This document shows positions 19,280-30,758 of a stretch of DNA of 64,000 nt, one piece after another. The DNA lies in assembly GCA_012032285.1 (NCBI GenBank), contig JAAURJ010000009.1, positions 2,269 through 66,268 of the forward strand. Direction: 5' to 3'. Every line of letters begins with the position of its first letter. Position 1 is the stretch's first letter. This DNA is from Sphingomonadales bacterium (GTDB taxonomy: Bacteria > Pseudomonadota > Alphaproteobacteria > Sphingomonadales > Sphingomonadaceae). The translations under genes and the position numbers were made by a program. The notes below the pieces were generated by a model that had not been told where the DNA came from, ran no database searches, and saw nothing but the letters and a program-made list of their open reading frames with translations.

Positions 19280-21017
19280 TCAGAAGCTGTAGCGCAGCCC
19301 CAGCAATGCCGAGGCGGTTAAGTCGCTATCAAAATCCTCCTGACGGAAGCTATCAAGGCCAACCGCTGCGGTTGCCGATAGTCCGCGGATAATTTCGCGG
19401 TAATAGGCCGCATTTGCACCCAAGCCCAAAACATCAGGGGCCCCTGCAAATCCGGGATCGAAATAGGTGGCATAAACGCTGGTATCAAAACGCGAACGAT
19501 CGTCGATCGATTTACCCACAGAGGCCAGTGCAAAATAATTTTCGTCCACCAATCCGGCCAGCTCGGCGCGGGCACCCAGCGCCGAAGCCAGATAGCGCCG
19601 ATTGCTATAGCCAGCCGCCACGCCGACATCCCAGCCATTCAGGTTGGATGCGAGCGCCGCCGTCACACCGCGATTGCGGAAGGACGCGCTGTTGGCGCTT
19701 TGCAAGGCGTCATTAAAGCAAAAGCCCCCTGCCCCGCCAAAAGCGCAGCCGCCAATATCACCCGACAAGGGGTTGCGGGCCACGCGGAAACTGGTGGGCA
19801 AAGCGGCCAAGCTGTCGTTCAGCAGGCTGCCAAAGCCGGTTACCTGATCAAAAACCGCGACATTGACGGCGAAATTATTATTGGGTTGATAGGTCAAACT
19901 GCCGCCAAATGTATCGCTGCCATAACGCTGTCCATAATAAGCGCTGACCGAAGTGCGGCTGCTTGGGCGCCAGGCAAGCCCGACATCCCAAATCAGACCG
20001 TCCTCCTGATAGGCGACAAGCCGCGGCGAAGCAGGATCGGTAACGAAGCGGCCATCTGTATCCAATATCGGATCACCCGCTGCATCACGCAGCGCATCGC
20101 GCTCGCTTACCTGAATATCCTCATATCCAATGCCGCCGACAACGGCGAGACCAGCCCCTATTGGCACGGTCACATCGCCGCGGACATATTTGCCTTCATA
20201 GCGGCTATCAAGCTGCCCTGCATCTTCGCGTTCATAGGCCGCGCCAACCGACCAGCCAATGGGCAATTCACCAGGCTGCATCCCAACAGATGCGGTTGCC
20301 AAATGGCTCACACTATCATCAAATGTGCTGAAAGCTTCCTGTCCCGGCGGCAGGTCAACATCCTTGCTTTCAAATTTGGTATAGCCGGCACGATAGGCAG
20401 CATTAACCGAAAGCGGTCCGACATTGGTGGCCAGCGTTGGCCCAGCATAAACCGAATAAACTTGTGAAACATTATCGGGATTACCGACCAGATTGGTTGG
20501 CGAAGCGCCGCGGCCATCAATACGGCTGCGCGTGGCGATTGCGCCTGCCTCCAGGCTTAGCCCAGGGCGACCAGCACCGATCCGCGGGCAAGGCCAGACA
20601 CCAGATCCTGATTGTCCACACCATTGTCATAAGCAATCAGCCGTTCATAGCGCACATTGACCTGTGCCTCTGCTCGCCGGGTCGATACTGTGGCATCAAC
20701 CCCCGCCGCAACTGTTGTATAGGTCAAAACATCATTGCTGCCATCGCGGAAGCTGGTCAACGCGACCTGCTGTACCTCCAGATAAGGGGTAACATCAAGC
20801 CGCGGGCCGCTGCGTTCGGCACGCGGCGCGATCGTTTTTCCTCTTGTGCGGCAGGTGCTTCATCGGTGGTTCCGCCATAAACCGGTCCGCTATCGTCCAG
20901 CGGCGACCATTCGGGTGATATTTGCTGCGCCATAGCGGTGTACGGCAATAGGAATGCCGCACTGCCGAGTAAGGGGATTAGCATCTTTTGTCTGGAAATC
21001 CGGTAGTGCATGATCAT
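19280..21017 (-). CDS. PEP-CTERM-associated outer-membrane beta-barrel (TIGR03016-like); two apparent frameshifts (about 20837, about 20566)
   Basis: Signal peptide; three ORF pieces join into one frame by adding one base to an A-run and one to a C-run; ends GLRYSF (C-terminal Phe). Confidence 0.8.
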
Positions 21018-22018
21018 GCTCCATATCCATAATAATTGCCGAATTTTCGGCCTGTGGGAGAGAATTTTGCGCGGTTCAATAACAGCTGCACATGGTCGCA
21101 GCCGCTGAGCAGACTCAGCGCATCGCGCAGTGCGCTGTCTGTGGTTTCATCCGCATTCACCACCAACAGACACTGACCGACATGAAGCGCCAGCACAGAG
21201 GCCGGAGACGCAGCAAGCGCAGGGGGCGAATCGAATATGATGATCCGGCTGGGGTCATTGCGGGTCAGCTGATCAATGATCTCCGCTGTCCGTGATGCCG
21301 CCAGATATTCGGTATCCTGATTGGTTTGCGCCCCCGCCGGCAGGACCGAAAGGCCGGCAATATCGGTTTCAATGACATAGCTTTCGGCATCGCTATTGGG
21401 GTCCGCCAAAGCATCCATAAGGCCTGGGCTATGGTCGATACCCAGCGTCGCCAATATGCTCGGTTTGGCGAAATCCGCATCGACCAGAAGGACGCGGTTG
21501 TCCTTCTCCGATGCCATCGACAACGCCAGATTGATCGAACAATAAGTTTTGCCTTCATTGGGATGCGCCGAACAGACCAATATGCGTTCGCCATGTTCCA
21601 CAGGATCATAACCCTTGCCGCCCCGCGCCGAGAGCAGCAATTGCCGTTTGACGATGCGGAATTCTTCTGAAAGACCGGAAACAGGGCCATCGGGGTCGAT
21701 AAAATTCCCGCTGATCAGCAATTGCCGGTCAATTTTGGCAAAGCGGCCGCTTTTCTGCGGCTGGTGTGACCGGCTGGAATAAGCAGGCGGGGTGGACGCC
21801 GTTGCAAGCGGGGCCGCCTCAGGGACCGTTTCTTTTTGCACTGGCACTGGCGTAGGTACTGGATCCGCAGACGGTACATTCGTTCCCGCCGGCGGGGCAG
21901 ATTCTTGGGACGGCTGTGCAGCAGACGCACCGCCGCGCAGCGCATCGCCAAAGCCATAAAGTTCAGACGCACGTTCGAGCAGCGAACCGGATGATTTGAT
22001 GGAGCTATGTTTGTTCAT
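21014..22018 (-). CDS. XrtA-associated tyrosine autokinase (BY-kinase, Wzc-C-like)
   Basis: SEEFRIVKR, SAHPNEGKT, VLLVDAD, IIIFDSPP, Tyr-rich tail GNYYGYGA. Confidence 0.9.
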   Translation of the reverse strand: MNKHSSIKSSGSLLERASELYGFGDALRGGASAAQPSQESAPPAGTNVPSADPVPTPVPVQKETVPEAAPLATASTPPAYSSRSHQPQKSGRFAKIDRQLLISGNFIDPDGPVSGLSEEFRIVKRQLLLSARGGKGYDPVEHGERILVCSAHPNEGKTYCSINLALSMASEKDNRVLLVDADFAKPSILATLGIDHSPGLMDALADPNSDAESYVIETDIAGLSVLPAGAQTNQDTEYLAASRTAEIIDQLTRNDPSRIIIFDSPPALAASPASVLALHVGQCLLVVNADETTDSALRDALSLLSGCDHVQLLLNRAKFSPTGRKFGNYYGYGA

Positions 22019-22030
22019 ATCAGTCTCTCC

Positions 22031-23559
22031 TCACGCCGTAATGCCGCGCTGGACAAATTCGGCGACAATCAACAGCGCAAAAACGCCGACCAGTGCGAAC
22101 GAACCTGTGTAGAATAATTTAAGCTTTCGGCGGCGCTCCTCACGGGCCTCGCTGCTCAACATTTGGGAAATTGAACCAATGACCGGAAGGCCGCTGGCCC
22201 GCTCCAGCTTCGCCGCTGTGGGAAAGCTTGTCTGCAAATGGCCCAGCGCAAAAGCCGCGCCCGCACCGGCACCAATACCCGCAAACAGCACGAGCGCGAG
22301 CAACATCGGACGGTTGGGAGCAGCCGGAACGCCCGACAATGTCGGACGGTTGATCACGCGGAATTGGACCGCATCGGTTTGCGTTTCCACCTCGCCGCGC
22401 AGCGTTACATTGTCGCGTTCCGCCACCAGATCATCATATTGCTTTTTCTGAACATCATAATCGCGGTTGATGCGCGACATTTCAGCGGCCACGCCGGGTT
22501 CGGCGGTTTGCTGTGATGACAGCTGCGCAATTTCCGACTGCAAGGCTGCTTTGCGTGATGATAATGCGGTTGCCGATGCCTGACGCTCAGCACGCAGGCT
22601 TTGCAGGGAGGAATAGGCCGGGTTGGGCGTGCTGAACGATCCGCTGCCGCCGCCGGTGCTTGGCGTTGCCCGTGCCTGCGCCCGCAAATTGGCAACCTGG
22701 TTTTTTGCGCAATCACATCGGGATGGTTGTCGGTCAGGCCGCGGGCCCGCATGGCGCCAAGGTCCGCCAACGCTTGCGACAAAGCAATCTGCGACGGGTT
22801 CGCCCCGCCGCCGCCGCCAAAGGAAGGAGTTGAAAGCGATTGCGGAGTTCCCGCGAGCTGGCTGTTCAACGCGGCCAAGGCGCTATTGGCTTGCATCAAC
22901 TGTGAATCAATCTGTGTGATTTCGGCGCGGGCAGAGGCCAGCCGCTGCGACACCGAGCCAATGCCGGGTAACAGACCGAGATTTTTGGTTTCAAAATCGA
23001 CCCGCTTGGACTCCGCTTCCTGCAAAGCCACTTTGCGCTCTTCAATCTGCTTTTCCAAAAATCGCAGCGTTTGTCCGGTTTCTTTGCGGTCGCCTGCAAT
23101 ACTGTCTTCTTCGGCCACATCGATCAGCTTCTGCACCACGTCGCGGGCCAATTTCGGGCTGGATTGCTTTACGGTGATGGCAAAGAAATTATCCTGTTCG
23201 GACTTAACCTCAATTTTTTCACGAAGCCCCTCTACCTTACCGGCCATTTCGCGGTCGGATGCCACACTTTGACCCAAATCGGTGCCGCGGATAACCTTTT
23301 CCAAGTTGGTGGAGGAGGTCAGCGTCTGTTCCAATTGCTGTATGTTGCGAATCCGGTCATTTTGCGAAATGCCGACTTTGCTCGACAAAATCTCTTGCGT
23401 TTGCACCTGCACCCGCGCCTGCGATTCATAGCTATTTGGGATCATCGCCACGCCTAGCCAACCGAGCAGGCAAAAGGCCCAGGCAATAGCCAAAGCCAGC
23501 CAGCGCCGGTTCCACACGCTGTGGATCGCAATTCGGATTTCATCGTAAAGACCGGTCAT
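22031..23559 (-). CDS. XrtA system polysaccharide chain-length determinant (apparent frameshift at run 22701-22706)
   Basis: N-terminal TM, YESQARV, LTDNHPDVIA, coiled coil, PAAPNRP plus C-terminal TM; one added A gives QKNQVANLRAQ and joins the two ORFs. Confidence 0.88.
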
Positions 23560-23609
23560 ATCAGCTTTTTATCTTTCCGTTTTTTTGGATCGTCATTGTC
23601 ATCGCCGCC

Positions 23610-24266
23610 TTAAAAGGCGCTTTCGGGAATGATGATCACATCGCCGGGTTGCAGCTGCACATTGGCCCTGCTGTCCCCGCGTTTCAAAAGATCGCCGAGC
23701 CGCAGCGCATATTCCTGCTGCCGGCCGGTGGCGCGGTTGACCCGGATCAGGCGGGCGCGGTTACCAGAGGCAAATTCGGACAGGCCGCCCACCGCAATGA
23801 TCGCGTCAAGCACGGTGATATTGGCGCGATAAGGGATGCTTGCCGGTTTTTCAGTCGCGCCCAAAATACGAATATTTTGGCTACCGCCCTGAAAATCATT
23901 GACGATCACCGACACAATCGGTTCGTTAATGAATTGCGACAATTGCAGCTTTATATCCTGCGCCAGCATCGTTGATGTCTTACCTGCGGCAGGCATATCG
24001 GTAATCAATGGCGTGGTGATGCGGCCATCGGGGCGCACCTGCACCTTTGCCCCCAGTTCCGGGTTGCGCCAGACAAAAATCGTCAAAGTATCGAGCGGCC
24101 CGATGAGATATTCTTCGCTTCCGCGTTGCACCTGTGATGCGGACAGCGGCGCTTCGGGCAGGTTGCTGCCGCCAAGGCCGGAGCATCCCGATAGCGTCAG
24201 CACAATAGCTGCCATGCCCAGAATTGCTTTGGTTTTCAAAGAATATTGCATTTTTTCTTCCTTCAT
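23610..24266 (-). CDS. XrtA system polysaccharide export lipoprotein (Wza-like)
   Basis: Lipobox LSGC, YLIGPLDTL, VRPDGRIT.PLI, GGLSEFA, LQPGDVIIIPE. Start uncertain (24266 or 24251). Confidence 0.9.
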   Translation of the reverse strand: MKEEKMQYSLKTKAILGMAAIVLTLSGCSGLGGSNLPEAPLSASQVQRGSEEYLIGPLDTLTIFVWRNPELGAKVQVRPDGRITTPLITDMPAAGKTSTMLAQDIKLQLSQFINEPIVSVIVNDFQGGSQNIRILGATEKPASIPYRANITVLDAIIAVGGLSEFASGNRARLIRVNRATGRQQEYALRLGDLLKRGDSRANVQLQPGDVIIIPESAF

Positions 24267-24574
24267 CAACGCGCCCCCGGCACCCGGCCACGCAATGGGC
24301 GCAGCACAGGCTTTGGTCACAGCTTACCCTTCCGTATGATGAAAAAGGTGAACAACTTGTTAGTATTAACTGTATTTCACCGCAAAAAATGCCCGCGTCT
24401 CTTAACGGGACAAAGGATCAATAATGTGTTTACTACTTATCCTGTGCCTTTTTCGCGGCGAAAAACCGCTTTGATTTGATCCAAAGCGGAGCCTTCTATG
24501 CTGTTTTTTTGCAGAAGCATTAACCATTGAAACCCCATGATCTGCTTAACCCAACAGCCGTTAAGGAAAACCCA

Positions 24575-25090
24575 ATGCGACCTTTGATTTTATCCGCCAC
24601 CCTGCCCCTTATCGCTGCGATGCTAACCGCAGCCGCGCCGCAATCGCCCAATAAAATGCGTGACGCTTTTTCTCCGCTTACCGCGCTCCAAACCGACATG
24701 GACAACAAGCTTTCGGGCGAAACGGACGGGGAAATGGTCTATGCGACCATATCTTTGGACGACGAATCACGGCTTGCCGCTATCAAACTGGTGCAGGATG
24801 ATGAGGAGTTGCGCTTGCCCAAATCTGCCTATGCCGGAATAGCTGGTGCGCGGCAGGCATGGCTGGAAGAACGCGGTGCGCTGACGACTTTGGTGATTGA
24901 AGGACGCAGCGATGACAAGGACTGGCGGCTCGCGCTTCTATTCCATCCCGAACAGCTGTGGCGCAGGCGGCTGTCGGTAGAGGGCGAGCGCAAGGACCAG
25001 ATGACATTCTATGACCGGGACGAGGATATGAAGCCCGATGACATGGAGAGGCGTAAAGCGCATAGCCGGGGTTTTTATAATAATAACTAG
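24575..25090 (+). CDS. Secreted hypothetical protein
   Basis: AAGGA before ATG 24575; signal-peptide-like N-terminus; no motif recognised. Confidence 0.65.
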   Translation: MRPLILSATLPLIAAMLTAAAPQSPNKMRDAFSPLTALQTDMDNKLSGETDGEMVYATISLDDESRLAAIKLVQDDEELRLPKSAYAGIAGARQAWLEERGALTTLVIEGRSDDKDWRLALLFHPEQLWRRRLSVEGERKDQMTFYDRDEDMKPDDMERRKAHSRGFYNNN

Positions 25091-25117
25091 CCGCAATGCC
25101 CCCCGGCGGGCCGCATC

Positions 25118-26035
25118 CTAAACTCCTGAGGGTGCGGCCCCACCCGTTTTGAACCGGTGCCAGCTGGGATGCGCGAACTCTCCTTTTCGCCACGCTTTGC
25201 GCAGGAAATATAATCCCAGTGCGGTAGCAATAATCAGCGCGGGCAACGACGCCTCCGCCCCGAAAGCGCCGCCAGTTAGCAGTTCATGACCTGACATTTG
25301 GCTGATGAAGAATCCGGGAATATCGGTCCCCGATACCTTAATCCCAAACACCCCGCCTTGTGTCACATTCCATGCCATATGCAATCCGATGACCGCCCAA
25401 AGCCGCCGTGTCACCATATAGACAGCGCCAAGCAATATGCCCGCCTCTATGGCAATGGCGATGCTGGCAAACCAGCTGGCATTGGGATTGCTGAGATGGG
25501 CAAAGCCAAATAAAATCGCCGAGACAAGCAGCGCCGCGATACTGCCCAACCATTTTTCGGTGAAACGGAATATAAGCCCGCGAAACACTATCTCTTCAAA
25601 TATCCCCGACTGCATGGCCATGCCGAACAGCGGCACGACAACCCATGGCCCGTTGCTGCCGGTGATCCTATACCCGCCCATAGCCGCGATAACGCCGACA
25701 ATCGCGCTCATCGTCGCCGCGCCCAGAGCTAGGCCAAAGCCCCATTCTGCAAACGCCCCTTTGCCTTCAAAATCGGTGAGCGATTTGCGTTCGACGAACA
25801 GCACGAAAATCAAATAGGCAAAGGCACTGGTAAGCGCGATTGCAACGCCAAGACCGCTTTGAAAAGCTGCGCTTTGCGCAGGTTGAGGATTTAGAGCGCC
25901 AATGACGGAAATTATCATGCTGATCATGATGACCTGCATCATCACCCCGAAAATCAACAGAAACAGCGGATGGCCTAAAATCCGGTTCAATATGGTGATA
26001 AGCTTATTTTCCGCCGGCTGATCCTCCTGCTCCAT
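25118..26035 (-). CDS. CPBP (CAAX/Abi) intramembrane metalloprotease
   Basis: FEEIVFRG, FGFAH, AVIGLHMAWN, FGAEAS motifs. Confidence 0.9.
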   Translation of the reverse strand: MEQEDQPAENKLITILNRILGHPLFLLIFGVMMQVIMISMIISVIGALNPQPAQSAAFQSGLGVAIALTSAFAYLIFVLFVERKSLTDFEGKGAFAEWGFGLALGAATMSAIVGVIAAMGGYRITGSNGPWVVVPLFGMAMQSGIFEEIVFRGLIFRFTEKWLGSIAALLVSAILFGFAHLSNPNASWFASIAIAIEAGILLGAVYMVTRRLWAVIGLHMAWNVTQGGVFGIKVSGTDIPGFFISQMSGHELLTGGAFGAEASLPALIIATALGLYFLRKAWRKGEFAHPSWHRFKTGGAAPSGV

Positions 26036-27050
26036 GTTGCGCTTCCCTTCGTAGCAATTCTTGTTTGATCGCAAGGCCGTAAGCATAGCCGCCCAGCGAT
26101 CCATCGCTTCGAATTACACGGTGGCAAGGAATCAGGATAGCCACATTATTCGCCCCGTTGGCGCTGCCCGCCGCTCGCACTGCGCCCGGTTTTCCGACCG
26201 CGGCCGCGATTTCGGCATAGCTGCGGGTTTCCCCCGGCGGAATGCGGCGCAGTGCCTGCCACACCGCCTCCTGAAAAGCTGTGCCCGCAACATCCAAAGG
26301 CAAATCGGGCATGGTGCGCGGATTTTCTATTACCGCGACTGCGCCTTTCACCATATTATCTATGGCCGCTCCGCCCGGTTCAATCACCGCTTTTGGAAAG
26401 CGGCGTATCAACTCGCCTTTATCTTCGCCAAAAGACAAGCGGCATATCCCTTTATCGGTTGCTGCGACCAACATGGGGCCAAGCGTTGTGTCCACAATGG
26501 CATAACGGATCACCACCCCGGCCCCGCCATTTTTCCATGCACTGGGTGTCATCCCCATTTTCCTTTTGCTGTCGGCATAAAATCGGCTTGGCGCATTATA
26601 ACCGGCCGCATAAATTGCCTCTGTTACAGAAACGCCGCGCTTCAATTCCATCTCTGCCCGCCGCAAACGCTCCGAACGGAGCCACGCCGCCGGGCTTAAC
26701 CCTATATCGCGTTTGAATATGCGCGAAAAATGGTGCGGGGCATAGCCGACTGCCCCGGCAAGCGCGGCCAGACGCGGCGGATCATCCGAAGCCAAAAGCT
26801 CCAGCGCCTTTATAATAGCGGCTTGATCGCGGGTGACATCGTCGGGGAGGCATCGTTTGCAGGGACGAAGGCCAACGGCCCGCGCCGCATTTCCATCTTT
26901 ATAAAATGCGACATTGCATCTCGCCGGATGGCGAGCGGCACAGCTTGGGCGGCAATAAATGCCCGTCGAATGCACACCTGTTACAAATCGTCCATCAAAG
27001 GACCGATCACGGCGTAACACAGCCGCCCATGCTTCATCCCCATGGATCAT
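26004..27050 (-). CDS. ada: Bifunctional Ada regulator / O6-methylguanine-DNA methyltransferase
   Basis: TGIYCRPSC...RPCKRC Zn site, AraC HTH (PHHFSRIFK), C-terminal IPCHRVI. Confidence 0.93.
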   Translation of the reverse strand: MIHGDEAWAAVLRRDRSFDGRFVTGVHSTGIYCRPSCAARHPARCNVAFYKDGNAARAVGLRPCKRCLPDDVTRDQAAIIKALELLASDDPPRLAALAGAVGYAPHHFSRIFKRDIGLSPAAWLRSERLRRAEMELKRGVSVTEAIYAAGYNAPSRFYADSKRKMGMTPSAWKNGGAGVVIRYAIVDTTLGPMLVAATDKGICRLSFGEDKGELIRRFPKAVIEPGGAAIDNMVKGAVAVIENPRTMPDLPLDVAGTAFQEAVWQALRRIPPGETRSYAEIAAAVGKPGAVRAAGSANGANNVAILIPCHRVIRSDGSLGGYAYGLAIKQELLRREAQHGAGGSAGGK

Positions 27051-27520
27051 TTTTGTCTCTCAACCAAAGCCACAAAACATCCGTGCGCCGCATTATGGGC
27101 ATGGAGATAGGCAATGTCATCATTGTCAAAAAGATCCCTGATCTTTGCATCAGCTTGCCCGGACAAAGCCAGCCGCGCATCTTTCAAAAAGCCATAAGAG
27201 TCAAATGCCCGAAATGCAATCGGGCGGCCATCGAAAATAGAAGGGGTTTCGTCAATATGTGCGGCGCGCTCAGTGCTGTTTTCGTTAATGAAAATAGCAT
27301 AAGAGGAGCGGTAGGGGGTGGCAACATCATGGCTCAAATAATTGAACAGGATCAAGCTTTCTCCTGATTTGGCATCGGTTAAGCTAACCCGGCACGGCCA
27401 GCCTATATCCGCATCAGCAACCACCCGGACCGCCCCTTGTGCGGCGAGATCATCTTCACTGGCACCAATCAACTTTTCGAAATCATTTATGCTCAATCCT
27501 GTTATCTGATAGGTCATGGC
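27047..27520 (-). CDS. DUF1203 family protein
   Basis: PCRVSL..A..GE, PY....IF, RAFD, YLHAHNA..GCF pattern; ATGA overlap with ada. Confidence 0.8.
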   Translation of the reverse strand, partial: AMTYQITGLSINDFEKLIGASEDDLAAQGAVRVVADADIGWPCRVSLTDAKSGESLILFNYLSHDVATPYRSSYAIFINENSTERAAHIDETPSIFDGRPIAFRAFDSYGFLKDARLALSGQADAKIRDLFDNDDIAYLHAHNAAHGCFVALVERQK

Positions 27521-27738
27521 TGCGTCCTTTATTGCATTGAGCACACACTTTTATATACTGCATTACAGCGCTGCATCTCGAAATGTGCTGTCAAAAAATC
27601 AAACTGCTTATCGGTGCGGTTCATCCCAATAATGTTGCGACATCGAAAATGACGTTTAACGCATGAAACGAAACATATGTTGCCCGGCAGGGATTAGCGC
27701 AGCATAATGAAAAGATATTCACTTTTCGGACCCTTTAG

Positions 27739-28482
27739 ATGCTCGATACGTTGCTGATTTTCATCCTGATCGGATTTGCGGCGCAAATGGTCGATGGTGC
27801 TCTTGGCATGGCATTCGGGGTTATCTCGACCACATTGCTGATCAGTATGGGTGTCCCGCCCGCTCTTGCCTCAGCCAGCGTGCACGCGGTGGAATGTGTG
27901 ACCACAGGCGTATCAGGGGTCAGTCATGTCTATCACCGCAATGTCGATTGGAAACTTTTTAAACGGCTCGCCCTTCCCGGTATATTGGGCGGTGTAACAG
28001 GCGCTTATGTAATCTCCAATATAGACGCCAGCATGGCCAAACCTTTTGTTCTTGCCTATTTGTCTATAATCGGTTTCATCCTTATCTACCGTGCCTTGCG
28101 CTGGCCGCCGCAGGTAAAGCACCCTAAATATGTGGCTCCGCTGGGTATTGCTGGCGGTTTTCTGGATGCAGCTGGCGGCGGCGGGTGGGGACCGGTTGTC
28201 ACCTCCAACCTTTTGATCCAAGGGTCATCGCCCCGGCAAACAATCGGCACCGTCAATAGCGTCGAATTTTTCCTAACCATATCGATTTCGGTTACATTTT
28301 TATTGTCCATGGGGCCGGAGATTATAACGCAATCCGCCATTGGACTGTTAATCGGCGGGGTTATCGCTGCGCCCTTTGGGGCGATGATGGCCAAACATAT
28401 TCCGACCAAGCCATTATTGTTGATGGTCGGCATCATCTTAACCCTGACCAGCCTATATGGAATTTACCACGCCATATACTGA
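27739..28482 (+). CDS. TauE/SafE (TSUP) family transporter
   Basis: QMVDGALGMAFGV, GGGGWGPV, IGTVNSVEF; hydrophobic throughout. Confidence 0.88.
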   Translation: MLDTLLIFILIGFAAQMVDGALGMAFGVISTTLLISMGVPPALASASVHAVECVTTGVSGVSHVYHRNVDWKLFKRLALPGILGGVTGAYVISNIDASMAKPFVLAYLSIIGFILIYRALRWPPQVKHPKYVAPLGIAGGFLDAAGGGGWGPVVTSNLLIQGSSPRQTIGTVNSVEFFLTISISVTFLLSMGPEIITQSAIGLLIGGVIAAPFGAMMAKHIPTKPLLLMVGIILTLTSLYGIYHAIY

Positions 28483-28629
28483 CAGTTTTGCCCATGGCCT
28501 GCCAATAATGCCAATCCCTATCTTGCATCGCAGCACAAGCGGTGCTAGTCGCGCGGCCATCGAATGAACGGGGCGCACTCGCCTGTCATGTTCACTGGCA
28601 ATTCTAGTCTGATTTGAGGACATTCACAC

Positions 28630-29184
28630 GTGGGAAATTCCGGCGCTATTTCAGCAAGCTTAGGTGGGCGCTATGCCGCCGCTTTGTTTGCTTTGGCAAA
28701 TGAGAATAAAAAAGTGGCGAGCGTCGAATCCGACCTGTCCAAATTGCGCAGCGCTCTCAGCGAATCGGCAGAGCTGAAATCACTGACCACCAATCCGGTT
28801 TTGTCACGGCAAGATGCACAAACCGCGATAGCGGCAGTTGCAAAATCGATGAAGCTGGATGCACTTACTGCAAATACTTTGGGCGTGCTGGCCCAAAATC
28901 GCCGTTTAGATCAGATTAAAGCGGTGGCAGAAGCCTTTGCGTCATTGGCCGCACAGGAACGCGGTGAAGTAACCGCAGATGTCACCACCGCCCACCCGTT
29001 AACCCCTGCGCAAAACAAGAATTTGGCGCAGCAATTGAAATTACGTGTTGGCAGCGATGTTGCCATCAACGCAAAGGTTGATCCCGCCATATTGGGCGGC
29101 ATGACTGTCCAAATTGGCAGCCAGATGATCGACAATAGTATCAAAACCCGTCTCAACTCCCTCGCGACCGCGATGAAAGGCTAA
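28630..29184 (+). CDS. atpH: ATP synthase F1 delta
   Basis: [24 protein letters not shown]; first of the atp operon. Confidence 0.95.
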   Translation: MGNSGAISASLGGRYAAALFALANENKKVASVESDLSKLRSALSESAELKSLTTNPVLSRQDAQTAIAAVAKSMKLDALTANTLGVLAQNRRLDQIKAVAEAFASLAAQERGEVTADVTTAHPLTPAQNKNLAQQLKLRVGSDVAINAKVDPAILGGMTVQIGSQMIDNSIKTRLNSLATAMKG

Positions 29185-29186
29185 AC

Positions 29187-30716
29187 ATGGATATCCGTGC
29201 CGCAGAAATTTCCAAGGTTATCAAAGACCAGATCGCCAATTTTGGCACCGAAGCAAAGGTTTCCGAAACTGGATCGGTTCTATCCGTAGGGGACGGTATC
29301 GCCCGTATCCACGGTCTCGACAATGTTCAGGCAGGGGAAATGATCGAATTTTCCAACGGGATTCAGGGCATGGCGCTGAACCTAGAAGCGGACAATGTTG
29401 GCGCCGTGATCTTCGGCAGCGACAGCGAAATCCGTGAAGGCGATACAGTTAAGCGGACCGGCACGATTGTGGACGTTCCGGTTGGCAAGGAGCTTTTGGG
29501 CCGCGTTGTTGACGGTCTGGGCAATCCCATTGACGGCAAAGGCCCGTTGAAAACAACACAGCGTGGCCGCGTCGAGGTGAAAGCCCCCGGCATTATCCCG
29601 CGCCAAGGTGTGAGCGAACCAATGCAGACAGGTCTGAAGGCGCTGGACGCGCTGGTCCCTGTTGGCCGCGGGCAGCGCGAATTGATCATCGGTGACCGTC
29701 AAACCGGCAAAACCGCCGTGGCAATCGACGCTTTCATCAACCAGAAAAATGTCAACCAAGGCGACGATGAAAGCAAAAAGATGTACTGCATCTATGTTGC
29801 TGTCGGCCAAAAGCGTTCGACCGTTGCGCAGATTGTACGTGCTCTCGAAGAAAAAGGCGCGATGGAATATTCGATCGTTGTTGCCGCGACCGCTTCCGAA
29901 CCTGCCCCGCTGCAATATCTGGCGCCTTATACCGGCGTAACCATGGGTGAATATTTCCGCGACAATGGTATGCACGCCTGTATCGTTTATGACGATCTGT
30001 CAAAACAAGCCGTTGCCTATCGCCAAATGTCGCTGCTGCTGCGCCGTCCGCCGGGCCGTGAAGCTTATCCTGGTGACGTTTTCTACCTGCACAGCCGCTT
30101 GCTGGAACGTGCCGCAAAGATGAGCGATGCCAATGGCGGCGGATCGCTTACCGCGCTGCCGATCATCGAAACGCAGGCAGGCGACGTTTCCGCCTATATT
30201 CCAACCAACGTGATTTCGATCACCGATGGTCAGATTTTCCTTGAAACAGACCTGTTCTTCCAAGGTATCCGTCCTGCCATTAACGTCGGTCTGTCGGTGT
30301 CGCGTGTGGGTTCCGCCGCGCAGACAAAGGCGATGAAGAAAGTATCGGGTTCGATCAAGCTGGAGCTTGCCCAATACCGCGAAATGGCCGCATTTGCGCA
30401 ATTTGGTTCGGACCTTGATGCCTCTACACAAAAGCTACTCAACCGCGGTGCGCGTTTGACCGAATTGTTGAAGCAAAAACAATATTCGCCTATGCCTTTT
30501 GAAGAGCAGACCGCGTCTATTTTTGCAGGCACCAACGGCTATCTCGATACCATACCCGTTTCCGACGTTGTGCGTTACGAAGAAGCGATGCTGGCCGATT
30601 TGCGTGCCAACCATGCCGGCATTTTGAAGACGATCCGCGAAACCGGAAAGTTTGAAGATGATGTGAAGGATCAACTGGTAGCGGCTTTGGACGCTTTCGG
30701 TAAAACATTCGCATAA
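29187..30716 (+). CDS. atpA: ATP synthase F1 alpha
   Basis: [29 protein letters not shown]. Confidence 0.99.
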   Translation: MDIRAAEISKVIKDQIANFGTEAKVSETGSVLSVGDGIARIHGLDNVQAGEMIEFSNGIQGMALNLEADNVGAVIFGSDSEIREGDTVKRTGTIVDVPVGKELLGRVVDGLGNPIDGKGPLKTTQRGRVEVKAPGIIPRQGVSEPMQTGLKALDALVPVGRGQRELIIGDRQTGKTAVAIDAFINQKNVNQGDDESKKMYCIYVAVGQKRSTVAQIVRALEEKGAMEYSIVVAATASEPAPLQYLAPYTGVTMGEYFRDNGMHACIVYDDLSKQAVAYRQMSLLLRRPPGREAYPGDVFYLHSRLLERAAKMSDANGGGSLTALPIIETQAGDVSAYIPTNVISITDGQIFLETDLFFQGIRPAINVGLSVSRVGSAAQTKAMKKVSGSIKLELAQYREMAAFAQFGSDLDASTQKLLNRGARLTELLKQKQYSPMPFEEQTASIFAGTNGYLDTIPVSDVVRYEEAMLADLRANHAGILKTIRETGKFEDDVKDQLVAALDAFGKTFA

Positions 30717-30758
30717 AATTAAACCGGCCCTTATGGGGCGGGATAAGGGAAAGAAGAG

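Noticed and set aside
24330-24560. CtrA boxes (several TTAAC half-sites here, near 34588 and at 61925-62860)
   Set aside because: I found no complete TTAA-N7-TTAA site by eye; half-sites are expected in AT-rich intergenic DNA.
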